Assembly: GCA_951406725.2 (NCBI GenBank)
Contig: OX597838.1
Span: 17,856,001-17,920,000, forward strand
Reading direction: 5' to 3'
DNA: 64,000 nt
Source: Octopus vulgaris
Lineage: Eukaryota
Shown: positions 25,639 to 40,367 of the stretch, in pieces
How the letters are laid out: each line of letters opens with the position of its first letter
Position numbering within the stretch: position 1 is the stretch's first letter
Position numbers and translations under genes: made by a program
Notes under the pieces: model-generated
What the model was told of the DNA's origin: nothing
What the model saw: the letters and a program-made list of their open reading frames with translations, nothing else
Database searches by the model: none

Positions 25639-26030
25639 TCTTTATATATAAAACTGTAGTTGTGTGAGTGTCTGTCCCCTTCGATTTAGATTCCTAACTA
25701 CTCCCACATTTTGCGGTGCAGTTTAACCAAAACCAGGTATCTTATAGTCGTGATTCATATCGAGCCCTTCTGGGTATTAGCGCGCGTCTACGATGAGTCT
25801 ACGATTTTAAGAATAATTTACCATCATTTTTTTCCATTTTCATGCATATTTTTTTAAAGGGAAGTAACTCTCTAAAAATGTCTACGATGAGTCAACGATT
25901 TAAAAAAATTTACCATCATATTTTTTCCATTTTTAATGCATTTTTTTGCTATTTTTTGGCTATAACTCTCTAAAAATGCTGTATAGTTATTTCCCTTACA
26001 AACCCGAGCAACGCCGGGCGATACTGCTAG
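25639..26030 (+). mobile_element. Non-autonomous Helitron
   Basis: a|TCTTTATATATAAA...CCCGAGCAACGCCGGGCGATACTGCTAG|t; AT target, no TSD. Confidence 0.88.
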
Positions 26031-26226
26031 TTTAAGTATAAAAATATAAGACTTCTTGAAATATTAAACGCTTATTAGGGTCCAATAGAGAAACCAACAA
26101 TCAAAAGGGTCCATGGGCAAAAAGATGGTCGATAACCACTGATTTATTAGAATCGAATCACGCAGTTAGGAAGCAAAGTTTTTACCACTCAGCAACACCA
26201 GTGTACCTGAAATATTTATCCATCAA

Positions 26227-26462
26227 AGGCGGCGAGCTGGCAGAAACGTTAGCACGCCGGGCGACCTGCGTAGCCGTATTTCGTCTGTCGTTACGTTCTG
26301 AGTTCAAATTCCGCCGAGGTCGACTTTGCCTTTCATCCTTTCGGGGTCGATAAATTAAGTACCAGTTACGCACTGGGGGTCGATGTAATCGATTTAATCC
26401 GTTTGTCTGCCCTTGTTTGTCCTCTCTGTGTTTAGCCCCTTGTGGGTAGTAAAGAAATAGGT
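26227..26462 (+). mobile_element. tRNA-derived SINE family C monomer (representative)
   Basis: GGCGGCGAGCTGGCAGAAACGTTAGC...GAGTTCAAATTCC...CCCCTTGTGGGTAGTAAAGAAATAG. Monomers also at 18770-19005, 42475-42705 and 56233-56467. Confidence 0.9.
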
Positions 26463-26937
26463 AAAATTTCCACTTATTCCTTATTTTAAGTAAAGAAACA
26501 AATATTTATCCATCAAAATCCTTTTAAACTAATAAAATAAGTTTTAAAAATTTCCTTTCTTCATTATCAATTCTGAAAAGGAAAAATAAATCAACAATCA
26601 TATTTCTCCTTATCTAATAAAAATATTGCCAACATGTTCTTAAGTGTTGCCAACACGTTTTTAACAGTTGCCAAACCGTTTTTTTCTTTTTTTTTTCAAA
26701 ACTTAAATTAAAATAAATTAAATTACACTCGTTAATAATACAAAGAAATGAAACAAACAAAATTAAATTTATAACCGAAAAACCCTCCACTTCTACATAC
26801 ATACTTTCATTTTTGTGGATGGTTATAATACAAAACTGTATTTTGCCTTAATAATTATGCAAATATTAATCTCAATGGATACGTGTATAATTATGTACAA
26901 ATAGTGTCGTGTGAGACAAAACAACATGGTGTCTGCT

Positions 26938-27881
26938 AAACCCTTTCCCATTCAAACCGGTTATATCCGGTCCAGATATTCTACCTGCTTTATGCCCGAA
27001 CAGACCAGATCCAACTTCTCACACCTACCCTACAGTGTTAATTATTTTTAGCATTTAAACCGGCTATATCCAACCCAAATATTGTACCTGCTTTATGCTC
27101 GAACTTACCAGATCCAACTTCTCACTCCTACCCTACAATGTTAATTGTTTTTAGCATTTAAACCGGCCATATCCCACCCAAATATTCTACCTGCTTTATG
27201 CCCGAACTGACCAGATCCAACTTCTCACACCTACCCTACAATGTTAATTGTTTTTAGCATTTAAACCGGTTATATCTGACCCAAATATTCCACCTGCTTT
27301 ATGCTCGAACTGACCAGATCCAACTTCTCACACCTACCCTACAATGTTAATTGTTTATAGCATTTAAACCGGCTATATCCCACCCAAATATTCTACCTGC
27401 TTTATGCCCGAACCTGCCAGATCCAACTTCTCGCACCTACCCTACAATGTTAATTGTTTATAGCATTTAAACCGGCCATATCCCACCCAAATATTCTACC
27501 TGCTTTATGCCCGAACCTACCAGATCCAACTTCTCACACCTACCCTACAATGTTAATTGTTTTTAGCATTTGAACCGGCCATATCCGCTCCAAATATTCT
27601 ACCTGCTTTATGCCCGAACTGACCAGATCCAACTTCTCACACCTACCCTACAACGTCAGTTGCTTTTGGCATTTAAACCGGCTATATCCGACCCAAATAT
27701 TCTACCTGCTTTATGCCCGAACTGACCAGATCCAACTTCTCACACCTACCCTACAATGTTAATTGTTTTTAGCATTCAAACCGGCAATATCTGGTCCAAA
27801 TGTTCCCCCTGTTCCATGTTCAAACTGACCGGATCCGGCTTCTGCTACTTACCCTACAATGTCATTTTAAAAATAAACAAT
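26938..27881 (+). repeat. 103-bp tandem repeat, 9 units
   Basis: AACCGG..TATC..CCAAATATTCTACCTGC..CCTACCCTACAATG recurs with period 103. Confidence 0.95.
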
Positions 27882-29222
27882 CTATATGCGCAGGAGTGGC
27901 TGTGTGGTAAGTAGCTTGCTAACCAACCACATGGTTCCGGGTTCAGTCCCACTGCGTGACATCTTGGGCAAGTGTCTTCTGCTATAATCCCGGGCCGACA
28001 AATGCCTTGTGAATGGATTTGGTAGACGGAAACTGAAAGAAGCCTGTCGTATATATGTATATATATGTATGTGTGTATTTGTGTGTCTACTGTGTTTGTC
28101 CCCCTAGCATTGCTTGACAACCGATGCTGGTGTGTTTACGTCCCCGTTAACTTAGCGGTTCGGCAAAAGAGACCGATAGAATAAGTACTGGGCTTACAAA
28201 GAATAAGTCCCGCGGTCGATTTGCTCGAGTAAAGGCGGTGCTTCAGCATGGCCGCAGTCAAAATGACTGAAACAAGTAAAAGAGTAAAAGAGTAATCATA
28301 TTATCGAAATCCTGATTTATTTCGAAACTGTGTGAATTGCCACAGTTCCTCGAAGATGAACGCGCGTGCACGTGCCCGCTTCCCATGTAAACACAGACAC
28401 ATGCGCGTAAATGCACACTGACTGTATATTTCAATGTGCCAATGTGCATATATATATATATATATATACACACACATGCACAAACGCTCACACTGACTAG
28501 CTGTGTGTGCGTATGAGTGTGTGCATACGTATATATGTATATGTGTGTATCCCACATACATATAAATGCATACATACATACACGCACACATGCATACATA
28601 TATACATGCATGCATACATCCATGTATGCATGAATGCATATATACACGCATACATACACACATACATACACACATGCATACATATACGCACACATACATA
28701 CATGCATACATACATATATACATACATACATGAATGCATACATACCTAAATGCATGCATACATACATACATACATACATACATACATACATACATACATA
28801 CATACATACATACATACATACATACATACGTACGTACGTACGACTTGAAAGCATTAATAAAAGTATTGCTTCAAATCATTGCTTAAAGAATCAAGCAATT
28901 TTTACAAGAACGTTATTAAAATATTTTCTCACGTATGAAGTTTAAGATGTTTAGAATATTCTCATGAGAACCAGGATATCAAAAACGTGAGCTTAAAGCA
29001 GCCGTTTTTTGCACGTGTCACTCGCATTTTTTCTTAAACAAAAGAACATATGGATAAGTTTTCTTTTCTTCTTCTTCGAACTTTCATTTTATATTTCAAT
29101 GAATATTCACACGGTGAATATATTTCAAACGGAAAGTAAGGTTCGGATTACCAGCTGAAGGACCCAGGTCGGGTGCTACACACATGCATTTTTATACACA
29201 CAAACAAACAAACAAACAAATA

Positions 29223-29261
<39 letters not shown>

Positions 29262-29786
29262 TCCGTCTACCAAACCCACTCACAAGGCTTTGGTTTGGCC
29301 TCGAGGCTACAGTAGAAGACACTTGCCCAAGATGGCACGTAGAGGGACTGAACCCGAAACCATGTGTCTGGGAAGCAAACTTCTTACCACACAGCCACGC
29401 CGGTACCAGGCCTTAAACATATAAAAGAATTCTTCAAAGAGGTGCCCCAGCATGGTCGTCGCCTAAAGACTGAAACAAGTGAAATATATGTATGGATATA
29501 TGGCAAAGAATGTGCTTGAACGAAAATTATTTCAAAATTTGACTGGGAAAATATAAGGATGATACCCATGACGATGACGATGATGATGATGATGATGATC
29601 ATCATCATCATCATGATTGTCAATATGATAATGATGAGGAAGAAGAAGAAGAGGAGACAAGGAAGAGGAAGATTATGACATCGGTGGTGATTATGAATGC
29701 GCGCCAAACCGAAGGGAAGTGTGAAGATTAAGATACTAAGAAGATAATGCGGAACAGGCGGAAAGCAAAGAAATATGGTCGGCAAA

Positions 29787-29806
29787 CTATTATTATTATT
29801 ATTATA

Positions 29807-29854
<48 letters not shown>

Positions 29855-30127
29855 GTTGTTGTTGTTGTTGTTGTTGCTGTTGTTGTGGTTATTATTATTA
29901 TTATTATTAATATTATTATTATTATTATTACTATTATTATTATTGTTGTTGCTGTGGTTATTATTATTATTGTTATTATTATTACTATTATTATTGTTGT
30001 TGTCATTAATATTATAATTATTATTATTATTATAATTATTATTATTATTATTATTATTATTGTTACTGTGGTTATTATTATCATTATTATTATTACTATT
30101 ATTATTGTTGTTGTCATTATTATTATA

Positions 30128-30163
<36 letters not shown>

Positions 30164-30260
30164 ATTATTATAGTTATTATTATTATTATTATTATTATTA
30201 TTGTTGCTGTGGTTATTATTATTATTGTTATTATTATTACTATTATTATTATTGTTGTTG

Positions 30261-30352
<92 letters not shown>

Positions 30353-30353
30353 G

Positions 30354-30385
<32 letters not shown>

Positions 30386-30392
30386 GTTGTTG

Positions 30393-30460
<68 letters not shown>
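29787..30460. repeat. Long (ATT/GTT)n tract
   Basis: About 670 bp, contiguous with the 3' end of the R4/Dong remnant. Confidence 0.95.
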
Positions 30461-30463
<3 letters not shown>

Positions 30464-31095
30464 TAGTTTTATTTTTATAGCGTGCTTTCACTTCACTACC
30501 GAGTGCAGCTCTGTGTGCCTTGGGTACGTGCTGTGGTTTTCTGTGATGCTCTTATGGTTACTGTATTGAAAGTGTTCTGCGTATGATGTGTGCAGTGCCC
30601 AGTAGTGCAATTTTCTGTATGTTATATATATATTTTAAAGTCCTGGTGTTTTTGTTATGTATTTGTCTGAATATTTTTTTATCATGCCTAATGCACCTAC
30701 TATGATAGGAATTGTTTCTGTTTTTAGATTCCACATTCTAGTTACCTCTATTTCCAGGTCTTTGCATTTTGAAAGTTTCTCCATTTCCTTTAGAGAAACG
30801 TTGTCATCTGCTGGTATTGATACATCAATTAGAAATCATTTTTTTCTTCATGATCTCTGACAACTATATCTGGTCTGTTGGCCTTAATTTCTCTATCTGT
30901 GTGTATCGGCATATCCCAGAGTATGGTTGCTTTCTCGTTTTCTGTGACCTTTTCTGGTGTGTGCCTATACCATCTTTTTTCTGCTGTTATTCCATAATGT
31001 TGGCATAGCTTCCAATGTATGTAGGTTCCAACTCTGTCATGTCTGTGAATATATTCCTTCTTAGCCAGGACTGGGCAGCTAGAGATAATATGATT
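30461..31095 (-). mobile_element. R4/Dong-clade LINE 3' remnant (restriction-like endonuclease)
   Basis: HIISSCPVLAKKEYIHRHD...ILWDMPIHTDREIKANRPDIVV...LIDVSIP...KEMEKLSK...IPIIVGALG with internal stops; followed by (TAA)n. Confidence 0.9.
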
Positions 31096-31624
31096 TATTT
31101 ATTTATTATTATTATTATTGAGTGAGAGAGCAGTGCATGCCATCAAAGTGACACTGGGGTAAAATATACGAAGCCCAATATACCCATCATGACTACCCGT
31201 CTGATAAAGGTACACCAGGCACAATTATTATTATTATTATTATTATTATTAGTAGTAGTAGTAGTAGTAGTAGTAGTATCATTATTATTATTGATGTTGT
31301 CATTATTATTATTATTATGTCTCTCACTCTTTCTCTCTCTCTCTCTCTCTCTTGCTGTCTCTCAATTTTAATTTCCTTTCTTTTCAATTTCTCCCTTCTT
31401 CCTCTTCCTCAAACTCCTTTTTCACATTTGTTTCCTGTCACTTAATTCCAAGTCGACTTCTTTCATATTCACTACAAATAAGCCTCCCCCCTCCCCTAGC
31501 CACCACTACCACCACCACCACTTTCATCATCATCATCATCATCATCATCAACAGCAGCAGCAGCAACAGCAATAACAACGCAACCATTATTTTCCTTCCC
31601 CTTCTTTTTCTTCTATTATTAATA

Positions 31625-32806
<1,182 letters not shown>

Positions 32807-32854
32807 TAAAGAAATACCAAGATGACTAACAGAACTACTACAACAACAACAATA

Positions 32855-32915
<61 letters not shown>

Positions 32916-33019
32916 ATACTACTACTACTACTAATACTACCACTACTGCTGCTGCTGCTGCTGCTGCAAGACGAGGTCCATTCCAAGTGAATAACAAAGA
33001 TGGTATTAAAAAGAAGCGA

Positions 33020-33812
33020 GGTGGCGAGCTGGCAGAATCGTTAGCACGCCGGGCGAAATGCTTAGCGGTATTTCGTGCCTGCAGTTACGTTTTGAGTTCA
33101 AATTGCGCCGAGGTCGACTTTGCCTTTCATCCTTTCGGGGGTCGATAAATTAAGTACCAGTTACGCACTGGGGTCGATGTAATCGACTTAATACCTATGT
33201 ATGTCCTTGTTTGTCCCCTCTGTGTTTAGCCCCTTGTGGGTAGTAAAGAAATAGGTATTTCGTCTGCCGTTACGTTTTGAGTTCAAATTCCGCCGAGGTC
33301 GACTTTGCCTTTCATCCTTTCGGGGGTCGATAAATTAAGTACCAGTTACGCACTGGAGTCGATGTAATCGACTTAATACCTATGTCTGTCCTTGTTTGTC
33401 CCCTCTGTGTTTAGCCCCTTGTGGGTAGTAAAGAAATAGGTATTTCGTCTGCCGTTACGTTTTGAGTTCAAATTCCGCCGAGGTCGACTTTGCCTTTCAT
33501 CCTTTCGGGGTCGATAAATTAAGTACCAGTTACGCACTGGGGTCGATGTAATCGACTTAATACCTATGTCTGTCCTTGTTTGTCCCCTCTGTGTTTAGCC
33601 CCTTGTGGGTAATAAAGAAATAAGTATTTCGTGTGCCGCTACTTTCTGGGTTCAAATTCCGCCGAGGTCGACTTTGCCTTTCATCCTTTCGGGGGTCGAT
33701 AAATTAAGTACCAGTTACGCACTGGGGTCGATGTAATCGACTTAATCCGTTTGTCTGTCCTTGTCTGTCCCCTCTGTGTTTAGCCCCTTGTGGGTAGTAA
33801 AGAAATAGGTAT
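33020..33812 (+). mobile_element. SINE family C tandem tetramer
   Basis: One full head plus about 185-bp repeats, with junctions at about 33254, 33439 and 33623. Confidence 0.9.
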
Positions 33813-34092
33813 TAAAAGGAAATAAGATAAATGATGGCCTTCTCCACTGATATTCACTTGGAAACCTTTCTTTAATACTCACACCGCGAAAGCTTCTCAC
33901 GAAGTCTTTTATTTCATTTGTTGTGTATTATATTTTATATTTATTTGTTATGTTTTATTATATCTTATTTTTTTATTTATTTCTTGGTTGCTGTTCCTTA
34001 TCTTTGCGATTCTAAGGAGGCTTTCGGTTGAGCGGAAGATATCTACACATGTGCTCGTTGATAGGTGAACAAGAATCTTTGTATATCTATCT

Positions 34093-34093
<1 letters not shown>

Positions 34094-34131
<38 letters not shown>

Positions 34132-35300
34132 CACGCGTGTGTGTGTGTGCATGTATGTTTGCATGTGTGTGTATGTCTGTTTGTTGCGTGTGTGTGTGTC
34201 CGCCTGTTTGTTGCGTGTGTGTGTGTGTGTATGTGTGTTTGCATGTGTGTGTGTGTATGTCTGTTTGTTGCGTGTGTATGTGTATGTGAGTGCGTGTGTG
34301 TGTGTGTACATGTGTGTGCGTGTGTGTGCATGTGTGTTTGCATGTGTGTGTGTCCGCCTGTTTGTTGCGTGTGTGTGTGTGTGTGTGTGTTTGCATGTGT
34401 GTGTGTGTATGTCTGTTTGTTGCGTGTGTGTGTGTCCGCCTGTTTGTTGCGTGTGTGTGTGTGTGCATGTGTGTTTGCATGTGTGTGTGTGTCTGTCTGT
34501 TTGTTGCGTGTGTATGTGTATGTGAGTGCGTGTGTGTGTGTACATGTGTGTGCGTGTGTGTGCATGTGTGTTTGCATGTGTGTGTGTCTGTCTGTTTGTT
34601 GCGTGTGTGTGTGTATGTGAGTGCGTGTGTGTGTGTGTGTGTGCATGTGTGTGTGTCTGTCTGTCTGTTGTTGTGTGTGTGTGTGTATGTGAGTGCGTGT
34701 GTGTGTGTGCATGTGTGTTTGCATGTGTGTGTGTCCGCCTGCTTGTTGCGTATGTGTGTGCATGTGTGTGAACGTGTGTGTGCGTGTGTGTGCATGTGTG
34801 TTTGCATGTGTGTGTGTGTCTGTTTGTTGCGTGTGTGTGCGTGTGTGTGTGCATGTGTGTTTGCATGTGTGTGTGTGTCTGTCTGTTGCGTGTGTGTGTA
34901 TGTGAGTGCGCGTGTGTGTGCATGTGTGTGTGTCTGTCTGTTGCGCGTGTGTGCATGTGTCTGTCTGTTTGTTGCGCGTGTGTGTGTGTGTGTATGTGAG
35001 TGTGTGTGTGTGTGTGTGCATGTGTGTTTGCATGTGTGTATGTATGTCTGTTTGTTGCGTGTGTGTGTGTACGCCTGTTTGTTGCATGTGTGTGTGTGTA
35101 TGTGAGTGCGCGTGTGTGTGCATGTGTGTGTTTGTTGCGTGTGTGTGTATGTGTAGGTGTGTGCGTGTGTGTGTTTGCATGTGTGTGTCTGTTTGTTGCG
35201 TATGTGTGTGTGTCTATGTGAGTGCGTGCGCGCGTGTGTATGTGTGTGTTTGCGTGTGTCTGTCTGTCTGCCTGTTTGTTGCATGTACGTGTGTGTGTGT
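34094..35300. repeat. GT-rich compound minisatellite
   Basis: Recurring GTCTGTTTGTTGCGTG / TTTGCATGTG blocks within (GT)n. Confidence 0.9.
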
Positions 35301-35383
35301 GTAAATAAGCATTTTGCCTCCAGATACTCAACACACACACACACACACACACACAGTTGCATGTGTGTGTGTGTTTGTGTGCA

Positions 35384-35623
35384 TTATCCCTCGCGTTGCA
35401 GAATGCATGTTTCGTAATAGTCATCCCGTAACGCAAAATTCCATAATGCAAAATTAATTTTCCATTGAACCCCTCTTGTCCTGCCTATTCCATCGGCTTC
35501 CTGTAATGTGCTGTTTGGTACCATAACGTAGTAGTTACAAGATATCCAGGATTCTTCCTGAATCCTGAATCCGTATGGACTCTTAACCAGGATATTTTGG
35601 AACAGGAAATCTGGAAGTTCCAA
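35384..35623 (-). CDS. Orphan exon-like island
   Basis: tgttttccag| acceptor followed by a 79-codon open frame (LELPDFLFQNILVKSPYGFRIQEESWISCNYYVMVP...). No recognisable homology. Confidence 0.25.
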   Translation of the reverse strand: MELPDFLFQNILVKSPYGFRIQEESWISCNYYVMVPNSTLQEADGIGRTRGVQWKINFALWNFALRDDYYETCILQREG

Positions 35624-35848
35624 CTGGAAAACATTTACTTCACTTTCTATAGATTCACACGGAAATATTTATTGTAAACAATAAATATAGGCGCAGGGGT
35701 GGTTGCGTGGTAAGTAGCTTGCATACCAACCACATGGTTCCGGGTTCAGTCCTGCTGCGCGGCACCTTGGGCAAATATCTTCTATTATAGCCTTGGGCCG
35801 ACCAAAGCCTTGTGAGTGGATTTGGTAGAAGGAAACTGAAAGCCCGTC

Positions 35849-36343
<495 letters not shown>

Positions 36344-37911
36344 TATGTGTACGTGTATGTTTGTGTGTCTGTGTTTGTCCCACTAGCATTGCTTGACAAC
36401 CGATGCTGGTGTGTTTATGTCCCCGTCACTTAGCAGTTCGGCATAAGAGACTGATAGAATAAGTACTGGGCTTAAAAAGAATAAGTCCCGGGGTCGAGTT
36501 GCTCGACTAAAGGTGGTGCTCCAGCATGGCCGCAGTCAAATGACTGAAACAAGTAAAAGAGTAATTATGTAACTATAAAGAGAATGTGACTTCAAATAAC
36601 AATAAAGATGATGAACACAAAATAATGGGTTATCAACATGGAGCAATATGTATGTCAACAGAATATAGCTTTCTCTCTTTTACATGTTTCAGTCATTCGA
36701 CTGCGGCCATGCTGGAGCACCGCCTTCTAGTCGAGTAAATCGACCCCCAGGACTTATTCTCTGTAAGCCTAGTACTTATTCTATCAGTCTCTTTTGCTGA
36801 ACCGCTAAATTACGGGGACGTAAACACAGCAGCATCGGTTGTCAAGCAATGGTGGGGGGACAAACACAGACACACAAACATATACACACATACATATATA
36901 CGACGGGCTTCTTTCAGTTTCCGTCTACCAAATCCACTCACAAGGCTTTGGGTCGGCCTGAGGCTAGAGTAGAAGACACTTGCCCAGGGTGCCACACAGT
37001 GGGAATGAACCCGAAACCATGTGGTTGGTAAGGAAGCTACTTACCACACAACCACTCCTGCGTCTGTATAGTATTTTAATTAAAAAATATGATGTTGCTA
37101 TTGGAAGGTTTGAGCATCTCTTCCAGATATTACTATGACACATCAAAATATTTCCTTTAGCGGCGAGCTGGCAGAACCATTAGCACGTCGGGCAAAATGC
37201 TTGGTGGTATTTTGTTTGCCGCTACGTTCTGAGTTCAAATTCCGCCGAGGCCGACTTTGCCTTTCATCCTTTCGGGGTCGATTAAATAAGTACCAGTTAT
37301 GCACTGGGGTCGATATAATCGACTTAATCCATCTGTCTGTCCTTGTTTGTCTCCTCTGTGTGTAGCCCCTCGTGGGTAGTAAAGAAATAGGTACTTTGTC
37401 TGCTGTTACGTTCTGAGTTCAAATTCCGCCAAGGTCGACTTTGCCTTTCATCCTTTCAGGGTCGATTAAATAAGTACCAGTTATGCACTGGAGTCGATAT
37501 AATCGACTTAATCCGTTTGTCTGTCCTTGTTTGTCCCCTCTGTGTGTAGCCCCTTGTGGACAGTAAACAAATAAGAAACTGAAAGAAACCCATCGTGTGT
37601 GTGTGTGTGTGTGTGAGCACGTGCACAGGCGTGTGTGTCTGTGTTTGTCCCCCAACTGATGTTAGTTTGTTTATGTTCCCCGTAACTTACCAGTTTCTCA
37701 AAAGAGATTGATTCAATAAGTACCAAGCTTAAAAATTAAAAAAAGGTCCTGGGGACAATGCATTGTACTAAAAATCCTCGAGACACTGCCCCAGCATGGC
37801 CACAGTCCAATGACTGAAACAAATAAAAATAAAAATAAAAAACAAAACCATCATCACACTCACAATGGAGAGACATTTCAGGAGAGGAGAATCAATTGTA
37901 TCTTATCAAAT

Positions 37912-37917
37912 TTTATT
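37912..37917 (-). promoter_or_regulatory. Candidate polyadenylation signal AATAAA for the PNPLA2-like gene
   Basis: AATAAA on the minus strand about 1.2 kb past the stop, at the end of a mostly unique AT-rich UTR-like block. Confidence 0.3.
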
Positions 37918-38580
37918 ATTAATTACATTCAAACGAAAGAAAAAATATAAATTAATTTAATATGAAAGAAATAATAAAGTCATTAGTATGGCAGATAATT
38001 CACTGGTTGTAATTAAAGAATAAACTATGTTCACGCAACAACACACTCTGAATAATTTTGGGTTTTTTTTATTACTCAATGCTTTCAATGTTTTTGAATC
38101 TGAAGAATCCTGAGACTCCTCCAAGATTAAAGAATCACAACCATCACAGGAATAGTTCTGAGTGTGTTTCAAGATAACATAACAGAAATATGTCAATTTT
38201 TTTTTTCTTTTTTTTTTTTTTTTTCAGCCCCAATATTTCAGCCCCAATACAGACATATTTTATGAAATATATACCCGAAATATTCTCTTTAATTGTGAAT
38301 TGAGAATAGTTCTTTGATGTGACACCCTGAAATATCAAACACATTTCAAAACCTAATTCTATTGAATTTGGAGCAAAGATTATTTGCCAACATGACATGG
38401 CAGTCCTGGTTTATGATGAATGTTGCTGTAATTTAGCCCCAGGAGACATTGTCTCCAGTTGGCTATACGACACGATATGTATCCCAATATTTTCGAACAA
38501 AGGAATAATCTTTACTTCGAAAGAATATCTCTTGTGAGATTTACAAATAGTAATTCTCTATGGAATCTGTCGAAACATCC

Positions 38581-38976
38581 TTAACCCTTTCGTTACTGTA
38601 TTTCTTTTGTGATGCTCTGGGTTTCTTTCAATTACTTTAAATATAACAAAGAATTTAGTAAAATAACCTGGTTATCATTCAGCTTGTGTTAGAAACATAA
38701 ACTGTGACTAAGGATTGGTGGAAGATTTTAATTCAGAACTTTCGAAAACAAGACATTTGTACTCAGAGCCAGAGCTGGTTTCAGCCAGGTTGGTATCGAA
38801 AGGGTTAAATATAGCAAAGAATTTAGTAAAATAATTTGGTTATCATTCAGCTTGTGTTAGGAACATAAATTGTGGTTAAGGTTTGGTGGAAGATTTTAAT
38901 TCAAAACTTATGAAAACAAGACATTTGTACTCAGAGTCAGAGCCGGTTTCAGCCGGGTTGGTATCGAGAGGGTTAA
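38581..38976. mobile_element. TTAA-flanked (piggyBac-type) MITE with tandem partial duplication, in the putative PNPLA2 3' UTR
   Basis: TTAA|CCCTTTCG ... CGAAAGGG|TTAA (38581-38808), then a repeat of the 3' part ending GAGAGGG|TTAA. Confidence 0.75.
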
Positions 38977-39099
38977 CTGAAAACTTTCAGTTTGCCTATT
39001 ACAGTGAAGATAACAAAACTAAGATGGGTTTCCTTTGGTGATTCTCATAACATTAACAGTACTGACAGTTTTCCAATGAAACAAAAAGAATTTCTAATT

Positions 39100-40039
39100 C
39101 TATTTAGAGAGAATATCAGTTATTTCAGGACAGCTATTCCTTTTAGGAGTATCACTAGAACAGTTCGAATTTGTAATACTACAGTCCTGTGATGAGGCTT
39201 GGATAATACTGGTGTTATACAAATCTATATCTTCTATTTCTTTGAAATCATAATTATAATTATCTGTAGCTCCATCTTCTCCTAGATTCTCAAGTTGCTC
39301 ACATTGCCTCCGATGCTGTAGTTGTTCCTCTGCTCTTCCTATGTCTTCTCTTTGTTGATATTGCTGTTGTTGATGTTGTAGCCTTTGATATCGCCTGTTT
39401 GACTGGTCGTTAAAGGAAGCATATTTTCTCGTTATGATACCTGAATCCAATGAGGTTCTCCGTTTAAGTCTTTGCAATGCAGGTCTATTTGCAGAACCAT
39501 TGTTCACTTGGTAACTTCCCGAAACACCAGGAATTTGCAATCTTTGTGCCCTAAAGTTCTGCAAATAAGGTACTGCTGACTTCCTCCTTCGTACATATTC
39601 ATCGGTCATAGTTACATGGCATTCTGGCATTTGCTCAAGACTTCTAGAATCTTCAGGTATATTGAAGATTTGTTCCACCTTCATCGTGTTTGATTCCGTA
39701 TCAAGGTAATAATAAGCTATAGTAGCATCGTTATTGTTGGCTGCTTCCAGCCAGAGTTTGAATTGGTCCAACACAGCATCACTAACGCCATCCTGTATTT
39801 GGTTACAATTTCTCATGCTATTCAGTGCTGATACTGGGTCTTTCGATGTCTGTTCCCTGTAAACTGTTGCAGTGTCGTAGGTGCCGCCAGACAACTCTGT
39901 AGAAGTTTGGAAGGTTTCTTCTTTGGGAAAACCTTCGCAGTTCATTACCAGATTGATATCAATAGCAGAAGATGGCAATTCTATATTGGTTTGGTTCATC
40001 TGGAAGTTGTCCTCGGTAAAGGCACAATGATATTCCAGC
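39100..40039 (-). CDS. PNPLA2: PNPLA2-like terminal coding exon (long C-terminal extension, about 312 aa)
   Basis: gttccgcag|G CTG GAA, phase 2, joins in frame to the 299-aa ORF 39100..39999. Ends TAG at 39100-39102. Confidence 0.85.
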
Positions 40040-40198
40040 CTGCGGAACGAGAAACAAAAAGAAAATAATTATATAAAAGAGAAACTGTATTAAAAGAATA
40101 AACATGTAAAAAAATTTAGCTGTTTCTTTTAATTTCTGCATAGAATTATTTTTTCCATTTTCCACTGAGCAGATGGAGTTAACTCCTTTATGAAAATG

Positions 40199-40283
<85 letters not shown>

Positions 40284-40367
40284 TGTGTGTGTGTGTGTGT
40301 GCATGTTGCTAGAAGGTATTTTTACATATTAAGTGAACATGCTGTCCCACTATAGAACACGTTGGTT

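Noticed and set aside
26938-27881. CRISPR-like periodicity (also 40368-40857 and 15165-15872)
   Set aside because: Units are repeated in full with no unique spacers, there are no cas genes, and the context is eukaryotic.
28315-28390. Small unique CpG-rich island with possible AG/GT ends
   Set aside because: Only about 40 nt, with ambiguous frame and strand and no supporting neighbours.
37957-38398. Short minus-strand ORFs downstream of the PNPLA2 stop
   Set aside because: They lie in the putative 3'UTR with no convincing splice or homology support.
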